Positions 38,409 to 51,684 of a stretch of 64,000 bases of DNA are shown piece after piece (the first letter of the stretch is position 1; each line of letters starts with the position of its first letter). A program made the position numbers and the translations under genes. Origin of the DNA: Camelus ferus. Lineage: Eukaryota. The stretch spans positions 82,338,001 through 82,402,000 of the forward strand of contig NC_045697.1 in assembly GCF_009834535.1 (NCBI RefSeq), in the 5' to 3' direction. The notes beneath the pieces are model-generated. The model saw only the letters and a list, made by a program, of their open reading frames with translations. It did no database searches and was not told the origin of the DNA.

Positions 38409-38864
38409 TTATTTAGACCAACAGTAAATGCTTCTTTGGAATATTTTGGGTTGAAAACATTGTCCTAGAAAGTTTTTGAAAGTATGCCGAGATTTTTGCG
38501 TATATATATTTGTTAACTTTCTAGCTAAATGGAAGCCCTTAAAATATTTTTAAAGTCATATTACAGGATAGCTGTAGCGCTTGGGCATCGTGTTATCAAG
38601 TTAGTTAGCATCTCTCGTCCAGGTGTGGGTCCTAAGCCAGTCCTTCGGGATGAGTTTTGCTTGTTACATTCTAGTGCTGTGAGCCTCACCTGGTTCTCAG
38701 ACTTTGTATGGCTAATTTTAGTAACGCGTTCCCGAGCACGAGGTTATGGGGCCGCTACCATTACTGCTGATTCTTATGAAGCCTGTTTTCGAAAGGGCCT
38801 GAGCAGATGGGAGTGGATAGTGTAGTTCCCTGCTCTATCCTGCCTGGCTTAACATTTTCTCAAG

Positions 38865-38902
38865 TGCCGATTCAGCTTTTTGAAGTTTAACTTAAGGTAA
38901 GT
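38865..38902 (+). other. Candidate short non-coding exon or alternative exon-1 end with a consensus donor (AAG|GTAAGT)
   Basis: Perfect donor at 38896/38897; possible acceptor cattttctcaag ending at 38864. Confidence 0.5.
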
Positions 38903-40144
38903 GTGTGCATTCATTTGGTCTATCCTATAATAGTGACTCATGAACGTATTAACTTTTAAAGAGATGAAGCACCTATGTTTCTCTTCAGTTTAATTACTAA
39001 GACAATTTTAGAGTTGACCAAGTGACTATAATTTTCTTTCAGTTGAAATCATTCAGGTTAAATCAAACAAAACAAAACGAACCTCTTATTTTGAGTTATT
39101 CGTAAGTTTCTCTTTTTTGCAACATTTCTGTTTTGAAAAGAGGAAGTACCCCCTCCTAATTGTTTAACATCAATAGGTTTGTTTAAGCAAGCTAAGCCCT
39201 CTGTTGCTTGAGGGACTAGAGTTATGTAACAAGTATAAGGGATTCCTTCTTGACACAATGTGTGTTAATATCTTTTTCAATTAGTTGCTCTTACTGGGAA
39301 CTCATTTGAATCTCAAATTTAGTTATGAGTAAAGTTGTACTTCTCTTTTTATCAACCATCGTAATATAGTGATGTGGGCAATCTGGAAGGATTTTGAGAA
39401 AAACACTTTTAAAAGATGGAAATACCTACATTAAAATACTAATACGTAAGTATTGTGAGACAAGTGAAACCAATCAAACACTTAGTAAGTCTTTTTTTTT
39501 TCTCCCCCACCCCCCACAAAGCTGTATTACAGCAGAATACTATTTAGGTGACTTTCTCAAAAGTCTACGTAAAATATGTGTTTTAAACTGTCCTGCACTT
39601 CAAATATAAAATAGAGATTCTTAAAAACAGGACTATACATACCAAGAAGCGTCTCTAACAGAGCTTCTCTCTTTTTCCCATTCCCACAGCATCTGCCTTC
39701 CCCATTATTTGCTTATTTGATTATTTTTATTTAAATGTATGTAATAGGAAAAATAGGAGGCTATCTCTTTGAATATGTAAAATCTTGACTCAAAATTAGT
39801 CTCATTATTTAACATGTGTATTTAGTGTCCTTAAAAAGGAGAAACCAAAATAATAACATCTTAGAAAAACACTTACGTTTTTGTGAAGAGATTTGTTACT
39901 TATTTTGTTGATTTACAATATGGCGTTTTCTTTTAGCTATTTCTTAGGGGCAGGAAACAGTATTTCTGAAACTTATAGGAAATATCTAGGTAATTTTGGT
40001 AAAACCGAAATTTACTTTTAGTGATAGTTGAGATAGTATTTTAATTTTTTTCCTAGACCATGTATCATACAGGTGAAGTTTATTATGAGCTGGAATTTAA
40101 ACACACAACGGTTGATGTGGGTTTGGGGATATAAAAAAAACTTA

Positions 40145-40470
40145 TATGTATTTTTTAATTGAAGTGTAGTTGATTTACAGTGTTAGTTTCAGGTGTACAG
40201 CAAAGTGATTCGGTTATGCATAAACATACATATATATTTTCTTTTCAGATTATTTTCCATTATACGTTATTACAAAAATTTGAATATAGTTCCCTGTGCT
40301 ATGCAGTAGGTGCTTGTTGTTTATCTGTATTATGTATAGTAAAGTGTGTCTGTTAATCTCCAACCCCTAATTTATTCCTCCCGCTGTTTCCCCTTTGGTA
40401 ACCTAGCTTATTTTCAATGTCCATGAGTCCGTTTTTGGTTTGTAAGTAGAATTTGCATTGATTTTTCTTT
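40145..40470 (-). mobile_element. L1 3' end (cetartiodactyl type)
   Basis: tttttaattgaagtgtagttgatttacagtgttagtttcaggtgtacagcaaagtgattc...atatagttccctgtgctat. Confidence 0.9.
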
Positions 40471-40964
40471 TTAGTTTTGTTTTTAATTAGGCACATGTTG
40501 ACTTTATACTTCCTTGTGGTGGAGCTGTGACTTCACTACCCTTTGGTGCTGAGGGCCGAGTCACAGTAATTTACAGCTGCGGTTCTCTGACACCCACTCT
40601 GCAAACTTCAGGTCTTTCTCAAGCTGAAGTGCCATTTTTGTTAGTAGTATTTCTGTATTTGTCAATTATTTAATGTGTTTAAAACTGTGCTGCCATGTTA
40701 ATTCAGTTCCTAGCTTTAATTTTTATGTGTCACTGACAAAGTTTCTGAGTGATATATACCTACCTTCAAGTTTCCCATAGGCCTTTTGATCATACTGCAA
40801 GATTTTGCACAGTTTGGTAATTTTTTTTAGCACTACATATGTCAGATTATAGCAGAACTGACTGCACATGTTTCTATAGGTGCTGTATTATATATGATCT
40901 GAAATATATAAATTGTAGGATAAATAATGTAATCATACTTATTATAATGCTGAGATATAATACC

Positions 40965-41485
40965 TGATCAGTTACCTCTGTAATCAAATAATCCTAGAAC
41001 TTGATAGCTTATATCAAAATAAAATTAAAAGCTCAAATGGAAAGCTTAGTAGCTTTTACTCTCTCCCATGGTTCTGTGGCTTGACTGTGCTCAGCTGGGA
41101 AGTTCTCCTGCTGGCCTCACTTGGGGTCTCCTGTGGTTATAATCAGATGGCAGCTGGGTCTGGACTCATCTGAGGTCAACAAGTAGTTTATGATGACAGT
41201 ACCTCCCTTTTTCTCTAAGGTGCCCCAGGGGCTCTTCTCTCCATCTGCTGTTTCTGTGTGTTATCCCTGACAGAGTAGCCACATTTCTTACATGGAAACT
41301 CAGGGTAACCAAGAAGCATAAAAGTGGAAACTGCCAGGCATTCTTAAACCTCAGACCTGGATTGGCACAGCATCACTTTCCCCAGCTCTAATAGGCTTAA
41401 CAGTTTTGGGACCAGACAGAAGAAATGAATACTACGTCTTAATGGGCAAAATAGCAAAGAATCTGCATCTGCTTTAATCCACCAT
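40965..41485 (-). mobile_element. MaLR LTR (MLT1H/G-like)
   Basis: ctcccatggttctgtggcttgactgtgctcagctggg...tcagatggcagctggg...gtggaaactgccagg...ctttaatccacca. Confidence 0.75.
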
Positions 41486-42904
41486 GATATTCTTCATTAA
41501 TAGTTCTGTAAATGAATATCATAAGATTTTAGAGCCAGAAGATTTTTAGCAATCATTTAATCTAACATCATCAATATTCAGGAAAGAGTACAGGCGCAAA
41601 CTAGCACAATAAAAGACAGCTGGAGCTATAACCCTCACTGTTTGAAATTCTCATAGCCCATGGAAACCTGCTCAGGATATAATAGGTAATAAATGTACAC
41701 TTGTTGACATAGGGATTTATTAGTAAATAAAACCTAAGCTTCTAATAATACTCCACTTAAAAAAGCACCCATGTTTCTAACTAACTTGTTAGAAATATAC
41801 CTACATTTTCCAAAAGGCGATAAAACTTAAGAAATATTTTTAGTGATAGCAAAACAAGATATTTCTATATCAAGGAAGTTTTAACTATATTTTCGGATAA
41901 TTATTGCATCTTCTTCAAACACACACACAGAAAAGTGGAATTTTACCAGACAGTGAATCTAAGATAAATCTTTTATTCCTAAGGAAAATGTCACAATATC
42001 ATAGTCTAATACCACGCTTATTGTGCCTTAAGTAATTTTTTGACCCCTCACACTCATCTCACCCCAAAAATGACCTTATTTAAGAGAAGTCTAACTGTGT
42101 TAATATGTAGTTTCGAAACGATAAATTCGAGTAAGGAATCTATTTTTATTACCAGAAGATAATTTCATTACTCCTAATAAAAACAACAAGGGTGATACTG
42201 TTTTGTGCCTGAATTAAAAAATACACGTACTAAGAAAATTCATTGTGTGTACAACTTAAGAGGGGAAAAAAATCTGTTGGTTTAAGTGAGGCACATAATG
42301 AAATGTTTTTAGACTTCCCTGACATTCAGTGTGTCTATCCATCTCAGTTTAGCTCTCCACCCCCAACCCTTTTTTAAACTAGTGTGTTTATCTTATAATC
42401 TTGACATCAGTTACCTCAATTTAAAAACACCATTGGAATTCTACTCCTTTCTACTCGTCTCTTGAGCATCCTTCTTTCACTCCTAGGGCTTTTAATTCTA
42501 ACAGCAGTTATTCTTTCCCCTCTGCTTAGACTCACCTTCCTTCTTTATAAATGTTTACTGTATTCCGTTTTTCTCTCAACTAAACTGTTTATTGCCATTT
42601 TAGTTTTTGGAATTGGAATTGTCTATTTTCCTATTGGGATTTTTCTTATTGATTTGTTAGATTTTTATTCCTTCACAAAGAAAAAATATGTATTAATTGG
42701 ACATAATAGCATATTACAGAGAAAGGCTTATGTAACCTCTTTTAGAAATACAAGTTGCAGCATCTTGTGTCCTTTTTCCAGTTTTGTTCCTGAACAGCAG
42801 GGGCCTGTTGATGGCAGTTTAATGGTCATGTGACTTTTTACACAGTTATGACACTGGGTCTGATCCCTTTGCAAAAATGAGAGTGTAAATAGCCTTACCT
42901 CCTC

Positions 42905-43236
42905 CAGTCTGCCCTTCATATCTGTGGTTCCACACCTGTGGCAATTGGCAAATATATGAAAAAAATTTCAGAATATTCCAAAAAACAAAACTTGAATTTA
43001 TTGCACACTGGCAACTATTTACGTAGCATTCACATTGCATTTACTACTTTTTACATAGCATGTATATTGTATTAAGTATTATAAGTAATCTAGACATGAT
43101 TTAAAATATATGGGAGAATATGTATAGATCATATACAAACATTACACCATTTTTTATAAGAGACTTGAGCATCTGTGGATTTTGGTATCCTCAGGGATAC
43201 CTGGAGCCAATGCTCTGTGGATACTGAGGGACAGTG
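42905..43236 (-). mobile_element. MER2/Tigger-family (TcMar) non-autonomous DNA transposon
   Basis: Imperfect TIRs cagtctgcccttcatatctgtgg ... ctgtggatactgagggacagtg; internal gtattataagtaatctagacatgatttaaa and gacttgagcatctgtggattttggtatcc. Confidence 0.85.
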
Positions 43237-43899
43237 TTACTTCACCTAGTTATTATAAGAATGTAATGTAACCATTGATGTGCAAAGATTTTATAAGTTA
43301 CCTAATTATTCATTTAGTTTTCAATTCGTTTGCTAATAAGATGTAAAAATTCAGTTTAATCATTTCTAAAGTCTCTGTCAGTTTGCACTGTATGAGATTG
43401 TCTAAAGCATGACTGAGGGAGACTCGGCATCCATTCATTTGAACATAGTAATCGTACAAAGTTGAGTGAGCAGAACATCCTCTCCGAGAGTTAGAATCCC
43501 CATCATCTGTCTATATGGTAAGCTTTGCCTAAACGAAGGGCATTTTGTGACGAGGCAGGGTTGGCCTCCCTGACTTCAGCCTCTTTGGGTGATGGACACC
43601 TTTCTAAAACACTCTGATTTCCCTGAACAACTTATTATCTAACTGTGATATAACACTTAAAGTATTTAAAAGATATTTATATAATTACTGTCTATCGTCT
43701 ATTGTTGTAAGAAATTGCAAAAGCTTCTGGTATGAAAAGAACTTTACCAGCCCCTTATCGTCAAGGCAATATGACATCATTCTGCTTGTACTTTTGTAGA
43801 ACTCAACTGTTTTCCTCTTATCTTTCACATTTGCATACTGAAAAACTTTTTTTTTTTTACTCTTAACTCTTTTAAAATTATTTATTTACCATAGTCAGA

Positions 43900-44640
43900 T
43901 TCATAACTGGATAGGTTTGAAAGGGCTTGAGGTTTAGAGTGAGAGAAACTTCTAGTGAGGAAAGGAGGAAAATCAACCCATGGACAGATACAGTGATTTC
44001 AGATGTGGTAAGAACTATGCAGAACACAAAGCAGGTAATGACAGAAAGTGTGGCAGCGAGTGCCCAAGGAGGAGGGAGTGCTGCTTTGGTGACGGAGACT
44101 AAGAAAAGACTACTGTGACATTTGGGCTGTGACCTGTAAGGTGGGAAGAGCCTGCAGTGTGAATCTCCAGGCTGAGACCTTAAAGTAAAGTAATTTTTGT
44201 ACAATCAAGAGAGAGAATGAAGACCAGTGTGAGTGGAGCACATTTGATGCAAGGGAGCCTGGAGTGAGATTCATTCAGAAAAGCAGGCAGGAACCCAATT
44301 CTGTGAAGTCTGGTGAGCCACGGAGAGGAGTTTGGATTTTATTCTAACTTTAGCAGGAGAGGGCCTTGGAAATGCCATGATAGGGCCTTACTTAGGTTTT
44401 TAAATGGTCACTCCGGCTGACATGAGGAGAACAGACTTCAGGAGAGGCGGAAGGGTTAATCAGCTGTTGAGTTAAATTAGGAGCTTAATGAATGCTTAAT
44501 GAGACTAATAGCAGAGGAGATGGGGAGAAGTGATCAGGTTTAAGATACATGGTGGCAGTAGTGCTGAAAGGACCTGCTTAATAATTCTTTGTGGGGAAGA
44601 ACTGAAGTAGCAAAAGGGGGTAAGTCGCAGGGTGGATAGA
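43900..44640 (-). mobile_element. LINE-2 fragment (continues in pieces to ~45480)
   Basis: gtgacatttgggctgtgacctg...gaccagtgtgagtggagca...ggagtttggattttattctaa...ggtcactccggctg. Confidence 0.75.
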
Positions 44641-44689
44641 GGTGCATTCCTGTGGCAGGAAGGTGGAGAAGAGGAGTAGTATCGGGCAG

Positions 44690-44910
44690 TAGTTGTAAGA
44701 GTGTAGGCTCCAGAGACAAAAAGTCTGTCTCCATCTTCACCACTTACTGGCCTTGGGCAAGCTTCTTACATTCTCTGTGCCTTAGTTTTCTCAAGTATAA
44801 AATGAGAATGATAATACCTGTCTCATCACTGGCTCTAAGGATTGAAGGAGATTCTGTGTTAAAACTTGTTTAGAACAGGGCTTGACATATGATAAGTTTT
44901 ATCACTGAAA
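44690..44910 (+). mobile_element. MIR SINE nested in L2
   Basis: caccacttactggccttgggcaagcttcttacattctctgtgccttagttttctcaagtataaaatgag. Confidence 0.8.
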
Positions 44911-45099
44911 GGATAGAACAAAAACTTTTTTGACATGTATGGTGTGAGATACCTAGTGGACATCTGAGCGGAGGTGCATATGTATGTCACAGAATGGTGG
45001 TATTGAAGTTGGAGAGAAGTGATCCAGGCTGAGATGTATGTTGGTGGTAGATCTGAAGAGATGTGACAATAGAGGGCCATGGGTGATTGGATGGACTCT

Positions 45100-45260
45100 G
45101 AAGACAGACTGAGTTTGCATCCCATCTTCACCACTTGCTGTCCATGGGCAGGTGCTGTAACCTGAGCGCCTTGAGTTCCTTGTGTTTGAAATGAGAAGCT
45201 TAATGGAAACTATCTCATACTTTTGTTCTAAGGATTAAAAATCTAATATATTAAATGTAT
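45100..45260 (+). mobile_element. MIR SINE fragment
   Basis: gactgagtttgcatcccatcttcaccacttgctg...aaggattaaa. Confidence 0.6.
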
Positions 45261-46169
45261 GGTATGTGCCAGTTATCAAGGGAGAATGACTTAGAGTCAC
45301 ATTTGTACCTGGTAAGCTTGAAATGGGTTTGCAGTGTACAAGTGGAGATGTCTTCATAAACGAGTGCAGAGATCAGGAAGACTCAAAGCTCAAGATATGA
45401 ATGCAATATCCATCAGCACACTGATGGCCCTTACAGAGCACCAGGACAGGATGAAACCTTACAGACTCTCTCTAACGTTTGAAAAACTAATGCCTGGTAT
45501 GTATTGATGATTATTAAAGGGAAAACGATCAAGCAAAGTAGAAAAAAAAAAGGACAAGATCAGAAGCACTTCACAATTAAGGTCATTCCTCCAGTAAACT
45601 TAGATGAAAAGTTAATAGCAGGGAGTCAGAAATAATTGTAAAGTTCACTAATTTTTAGGGAGTCTTATTCCTAAAGTGACTCATGGAACAGTCTCATTTG
45701 AAGTTCTATACCCCAGACTATCCTTCATTTAACATTTTACTTAGTGCCTCAAATTAGTTTGTAGGCTTCTGTGTTGTATTATGAGATGTGGAAATACACA
45801 TCACATAATGCGGTGTATTTTGGGGGGGCATGTCATTGCCCCTGGCATGGTGAATGCAAGTAGAAAGTTCCCATTTTAAATACGGTCTTTAATCATTTAA
45901 TGTGGTGACTAAAGTATCTTTCCCTTACTACTGCGTAATGGACTAACCACTAGGGCCCTGGGTCATTTTGTTCTAAGGAAGAGATTTAGGTGGACAGCTC
46001 ATGGTACTGCCATCCCCTCCCCCCAGCCCCCAGTGACTTTCTTTGGGGAACTGATCAAAGCTCAGTGGTCATGTTCAGAATACACATTGATTTATGTATA
46101 TAGAATACAGAAATTATCTGTCTCTTTCTACAAAAGCCTCAATGGAAAGTGAAAAGATACTAGGTTTGT

Positions 46170-46330
46170 GGCTTGAGCAGGGAATTCCAGTGCTGGAATT
46201 TCACATACCCACTACAGCAAAAACTTTGCCAGTTTCCTAACCTTCTGAACCATAGTCAACTCATATATAAAATGGAGATGATGACACCTACCTCATAATA
46301 ATTGAAGGTGCTGAATGAGGTATGTCCTCA
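46170..46330 (+). mobile_element. MIR SINE fragment
   Basis: ctaaccttctgaacc...tataaaatggagatgatgacacctacctcata. Confidence 0.6.
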
Positions 46331-47184
46331 GAAGATTGTTTTATTATCTGTCCTGCAGAATGTGTTCTCAGGAAGTATTTCGGGTGTTTACGAATTCCCA
46401 TTTAACCATGTGCACCAACTACATATACACTCTTCGTCAATTCATTATGTGCTCAAAAAATTCAACCTGTTTTGAAAAGGATGTATACAGCATACATTTG
46501 AGTGTATGTATGCATATGTTATTTATGGCCATAAAATTACACAGTTAAAGAAGTGTACTGTTAACTTTACATACATACTTTCCTTATCATTTCTAAGTAG
46601 TTCTTCAAATGTAATAGGGGGGACTTTTTTTACAATTGTAGTTTTTTTTTTTTTTAAACAGATTTAGCAGCATTTATAGTCAAGGACTGTGACAGTCTCG
46701 TTATTTCCTGGCCCTCAGAGGAGAATTATGCTAATTAAGTACATTTAATGAGGAAAATTAATGCTTCTTTGCCATGTTCTCCTTAAGCTACTGTTTCTTT
46801 ACTTACTAGTGCTTATTATAATTTATTAACCAAGAATTATACATCTCAGTAACTGAAACCCTCCTCTGCTCCTGACCCCACACTGAAATTACTAGGTAGA
46901 AATTTGCATAAAGTTACAAACCAGTCAATTAGCTTTCTGAGAATAAAGCTGCCATCAAACTGGTTTCTTGTAGTGCTGGAGGTCAGGAAAACGCAACAGC
47001 TTTTGTGGAGCCAGTGCTGATTTTCATTTTCAAGCCCAGGAGCCAAACATATAAATCATGCACAACACAGTGTACTTGTCATTGGAAAGCTGTTTATAGT
47101 CATGTATATTTATTAGTTTTCCCTGGTTGAGAGCTGCGTGTTTTCTTTGCCCTCTTGCTCTGTAGCTTTGCATCTCACAAACAG

Positions 47185-47216
47185 CACACACACACACACA
47201 CACTCACACACACACA
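47185..47216. repeat. (CA)n microsatellite
   Basis: cacacacacacacacacactcacacacacaca. Confidence 0.9.
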
Positions 47217-47724
47217 GTTCCTTTCTACAAATATGGTACATTTGATCACATTTCATGGCATGAATAGTTTTTCTACTTGCGTCTTTATACCATTGCTTCA
47301 TTGGTACTTTAAATAAACTGCTTTTTTTTTTTCGCTGTACATGGCTGTCTACAAATTGTCATTTTGTCACTAGAGTTTTTTTTTCTCTTGATATATTGCA
47401 TAACTGATTAATACTGTTGTCAATACATGTGAATCGACGTATTCTGTACTTGTGGATTTGTCAAAGCATATATTTCTTCTAAAGTGACACCCCAAATTCT
47501 CTGGTTTTTGTTTTTTGTTTTTTTTTTTTTTAATGAAGAGTCAGTTTTTAAGGCTTGCCCAATTTACTTAATCTCTGTGTGCCTTGATTTTTTTCATCTA
47601 TAAAATGGACTGTATGAGTGAATTGAAGGAGATAGTCTGTACATGGTACTTATCACAGAGCTTAGTTTCTCTCTTGTAACTGACTGTGGCAGTGAAATGG
47701 AGTCTTTGTAATGTTTTCTTGAGT

Positions 47725-48175
47725 CGTGGTGGGCTTTGTAATGGCTTCTGCTATTAGAAATGATTCTTTACCAATTTCCCAGCCTGGGCAGTTTTTACCT
47801 CCCATCTCATGTTAGGCTGTGTCTGTGAGCTCTGGCTTGACATGTGAATTTTCTGACTACCCTTGAGACCGTGATGCTGGTGAGGCCGTGTGCAGGCTTT
47901 ATGGTCCACTGTCTTAGCTAAGCCGAGGATTCCAGCCATTTCCATCAACACAGCAGGCATATGAATAAATCAGTTCTGAATGTTCCAAATTTAGCCCATC
48001 TACCAGGAGAGTACCACCGCAGAGGAACCTCTGCTTATGCTTCACACAGTGGAAGAATTTCTTACCCAAGTTCTAGCTGAATTCCTGACCCGCAAAACCT
48101 TGAGATTTAACAAAATGGTGGTTGTTGTATAAGCCACTAAGTTTGGACATCATTAGATAGCCAACATATAAATGA
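47725..48175 (+). mobile_element. Degenerate MaLR LTR (MLT1F/G/H-like)
   Basis: gtggtgggctttgtaatggc...aattcctgacccgcaaaacc...ggttgttgtataagccactaagtttgg. Confidence 0.6.
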
Positions 48176-48639
48176 CTTTATTCTTAACTATCCATTGTTC
48201 ATTCATTCATTATCATGCCCCCTTGCAGTGACTAAAGCCTTTGATGCAGTGCTGGATATATGTGATCACGGAAGGATAGTGCTGTTTTTTATTTTAGGGG
48301 GAAAGCTGTTAAGGATTTCCCATTCAGTGTGATGTTTGCTTTAGGTATTTTGTAAATGCACTCTATCACATTAGGAAGTTCCAGAATGCTCTTGAAAACT
48401 ATTTTTAAAAATATCTGCATGTTGTTTTCCTCTTATCTCTAATATTGAGTGCTCCATGAGGCTCTCATGTTCTGTATGCTTATTGCTGTAACTTACGCAA
48501 CTAGAACAGTGACTGCTGAATACATCAGTTAATGACTGAAAAAATAATTTAACCTGTGAAAGTGAAACCTTCATGCTTTCTATTAGTATATTTATAGAAC
48601 TAATTAAATTATTTGAAGATGTGAAAAATTGTGAAAGAA

Positions 48640-48852
48640 AACTACTAGAGAAAATATTTGCAAATGATGTGACTGACAAGAGCTTAATTTCCAGAATATA
48701 CAGACAGCTCATACAACTCAATAACAAAAAAGCAAACAGCTCAATTCAAAATTGAGCAGAAGACCTAAACAAATATTTCTCTAGGGAAGACATGCAGGTG
48801 GCCAATAGACATATGAAAAAAAATGCTCAATATTGCTAAGTATCAGAGAAAT
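48640..48852 (+). mobile_element. L1 ORF2 fragment
   Basis: Encodes EKIFANDVTDKSLISRIYRQLIQLNNKK. Confidence 0.85.
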
Positions 48853-50254
48853 GTTAAGTATTAGGATGAATAAATTATCTTCTGTTTTAAAGGCAGTTAA
48901 CAGTATCAAACTTTACAGCAAGTCTGATGGGGACACAGTTCCTAATCGAATTGATCAACATATATTCTTTTTTTACACAGTGTAGCTATTAAAAATGTGG
49001 AAACATCTATATGGAGCTGATAACGAGTGAACTCCAAGATCTTGAAAGAGAACAAATAAAAGGCACAGTATAGTGACTAGAGCCTAATGCCATTGATATA
49101 TAAAAAGAATGTATATCTCATTCTAAATTCTTCGCCTTATTTTATAGTCTAGGAAAGTAAGTTATGGACTGATTATGTAATTTGTCAAAGGTCACATAGC
49201 TGGTAAGTCTGTTTATCTGTGTACAAATCTGTCTGTCTCTGAAAGTATTTGTAATAAGCTAGTGAGACTCGCCTGGGCATCTCTGGAGATGGAAACTGGG
49301 AAGCATAAGATGAAAGGCAGGATCATAAAAGCCGTCTTATTTTATTGCTTTTCATGCTTTTCCATTTGTATCATATACATGTACTATCCTGATAAACACT
49401 ATTTTAAAATGCTGCTATATTTAAATGTATTTATTATGGCATGGCATAGCTCTCTACAATTGCACATTCTTTTTAAATTTTCAATTCTAATATTATCAAG
49501 AGTTATTCTGTTTGCATTTTGCCAGACTCTTCAAAGGTTTAATGAGCATAAAGATTTTTAGACTACTAGTTATATACCAATACCAATCTTAAAACTTCCA
49601 TGTGCTTAGACTAATACAAATATGTCTTTAGAGTAAATGAGGTCTCACCTATTTCTGTGGAATTTAATGAAACACTGGTTTTGATCCTAGTATGTTTGAT
49701 ACTAGATTTCAGTGAAAGTTGGGTTCTCAGTTTGTGATTTTTGAAGGTTGTAACTTTAAGAAGTCCTGAAGGCCTTATTTCCTTAAGCTTTTTAGACCAA
49801 GTGAATAATATCCAGAAATGTCCCAATAGTTCATGTTTTAAAATCATAGTGTGATTTAAAAAGGCCTTTACTTTCTAGTGATGAAAATAACAATTAAAAA
49901 CCCAGTCCACAGATGTGTGAAGTGTTTTCTTAAATGCCCTATGCTGTATTTTAATAGGAGTGAATAAAAACTTCTTTCCTATGCTTTAACATGCTTTCCC
50001 AACAAAAATATTCCTTTGCTTATAAAATGTTTTTCTCAAAAGTAGTTAAATTTGGAAATGTATTTACCTCCTTCTGCCAAGGCATATGGCTACCTTGCTC
50101 AAAAGAGATAAATACATGCTGTACCCCCAAACTGTAAACATGTTTTAAAAAGTACTGTAAAGTTCTGGAATGCATTGATAAGGAGAGGAATTGCTTGTAC
50201 ATAAATTATGTGTTCACTTATGAAGAGTTTACGGTACTTTGGATGTAACAGGTA

Positions 50255-50737
50255 CTAAAGGAAGATTTTTCTGACACTAGTGGAAACCATAAGAAAGGCA
50301 TTTCAGGGCTACTGTGATAGACGTCAGTACCATCCCAGTGCAGGGAAGAGATTGGGTTCAACCCTGAAGGCAGTAAACACAGTTGGGAATTTATAGTCTA
50401 GTTGTGTGTGTATGTGTGTTAGTGGAGGGGGTCAGTGTTGGTGGGTGTAAAATTACTAAGTCGAGAAATCAAAGGTAGGATTCTTGCTAAACCAATTTAC
50501 CAGGATTCTTGCTGAAGGAAGGCCAGAGGAATCAGGTATTTAGAGACAGAGGGATAAGGAACTTGGTCAGATATCAAGATGGATCAGATATCAATGGCAG
50601 GGGAACACAGCAGGAATCTTACTACAACTGTCCTTTGCTGGCCCAGCAAGGACTGAGGCCAAAGGATGAGGCCTAGACAAAAACAGTCTCAGAAGAGCCT
50701 ACGCAAAGTTTGTTCATGGAGAGGATGAACCTGTCAC
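50255..50737 (-). mobile_element. MER31-like ERV1 solo LTR
   Basis: Repeated ggattcttgct and tcagatatcaa units; aaggatgaggcctag...agaagagcct...aaagtttg...ggagag...tgtca is the reverse of the MER31-type 5' end. Confidence 0.7.
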
Positions 50738-51207
50738 CTGTCAGAATATGCCACATGCAACTTCAAGTCAGTAGAATCTGAGGCAAACCCAGAGCACCCA
50801 GGCTCTCCTAAAGGCCCATCTGGCCTGCCAGACGTGATGGGCACTGACATGAACTCCCTGTATCTCTCTTGAGTGACTGAGCTGCTTTCAGTAGTCCACA
50901 TGTTGACCATAAGAGAACCGAAAGGGCAAAGACATCGGCAAGAAGAATGAGACATGCCAGCTGAGCGTCATCAGCGACCACGGCAGGCAGAGACTGTACT
51001 CCCTACACAGGTGGCACACAGCGTCCGCCCCTCACCTCCTGCTTGCTGGCAATTGCTGCTTAGCTTGTTCAAGAAGATAAATAAGTGAAAGGTCTTTAAG
51101 CCAAACCACGTTGGGGTGCAGTTTCTCTTGATATTATCTGCTCTTCACCATCTCTACTATCAGTCCTTGTTTTGACTTTGAAGTGTAGTTACTCAGAATA
51201 AAAGGTT

Positions 51208-51396
51208 AACCACTATCTATAAAAGATAGATTAAAAAAAACAAATTTCTTCTTTATAGCACAGGGAACTATATTCAATATCTTGTAATAACTTTTAATGA
51301 GGAAGAATATGATACACAATGTATGCATGAGTGGGACATTATGCTGTACACCAGAAATTAACACATTGCAACTGACTACTTAAAAAAAAAAAAAAA
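51208..51396 (+). mobile_element. Short young L1 3' end with poly-A
   Basis: tatagcacagggaactatattcaatatcttg...gctgtacaccagaaattaacacattgcaactgactact followed by an A-tract. Confidence 0.88.
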
Positions 51397-51494
51397 GTGC
51401 TAGGACCTCTTGAAGACTTTTAACATTTTTTGCTCCTAAGATAGTTTTGAACCAAGAAAACTTGCTTTATTTTATTTTTATGTTTTCTTCCAGA

Positions 51495-51680
51495 ACATAC
51501 AGCAGTGTTAAATATATGAATCATGTTGTACATTACCTCCAGAGTACTTATTTTTCTTATAACTGGAAGTTTGTACCACTTGGCCACATTTATCCAGTTC
51601 CCCCTTCCCCTCAGTCCCAGCCTCTGGTAACCACAAATCTAATCTTAGTATGAGTTTGTTTGTTTGTTTGTTCTTTTGTT
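51495..51680 (-). mobile_element. L1MA9-like 3' UTR fragment
   Basis: catgttgtacattacctccagag...cttataactggaagtttgtacc...gcctctggtaaccacaaatct. Confidence 0.75.
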
Positions 51681-51684
51681 TGTT

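Noticed and set aside
37552..38416. Long overlapping ORFs (up to 245 aa) on both strands
   Set aside because: Arg/Pro/Gly/Ala-rich frames are expected from stop-codon depletion in a CpG island; no recognisable protein
40057..40072. Possible 16-nt micro-exon with ACCATG (ttttttcctag|ACCATGTATCATACAG|gtgaag)
   Set aside because: The donor is weak and such matches are frequent by chance; no other support
43010..43075. Short internal tandem duplication in the MER2/Tigger element
   Set aside because: Recalled as part of the family consensus rather than locus-specific
50760..51010. Faint resemblance to keratin or HSP70 coding sequence
   Set aside because: Only scattered short word matches; a colinear alignment could not be built by eye
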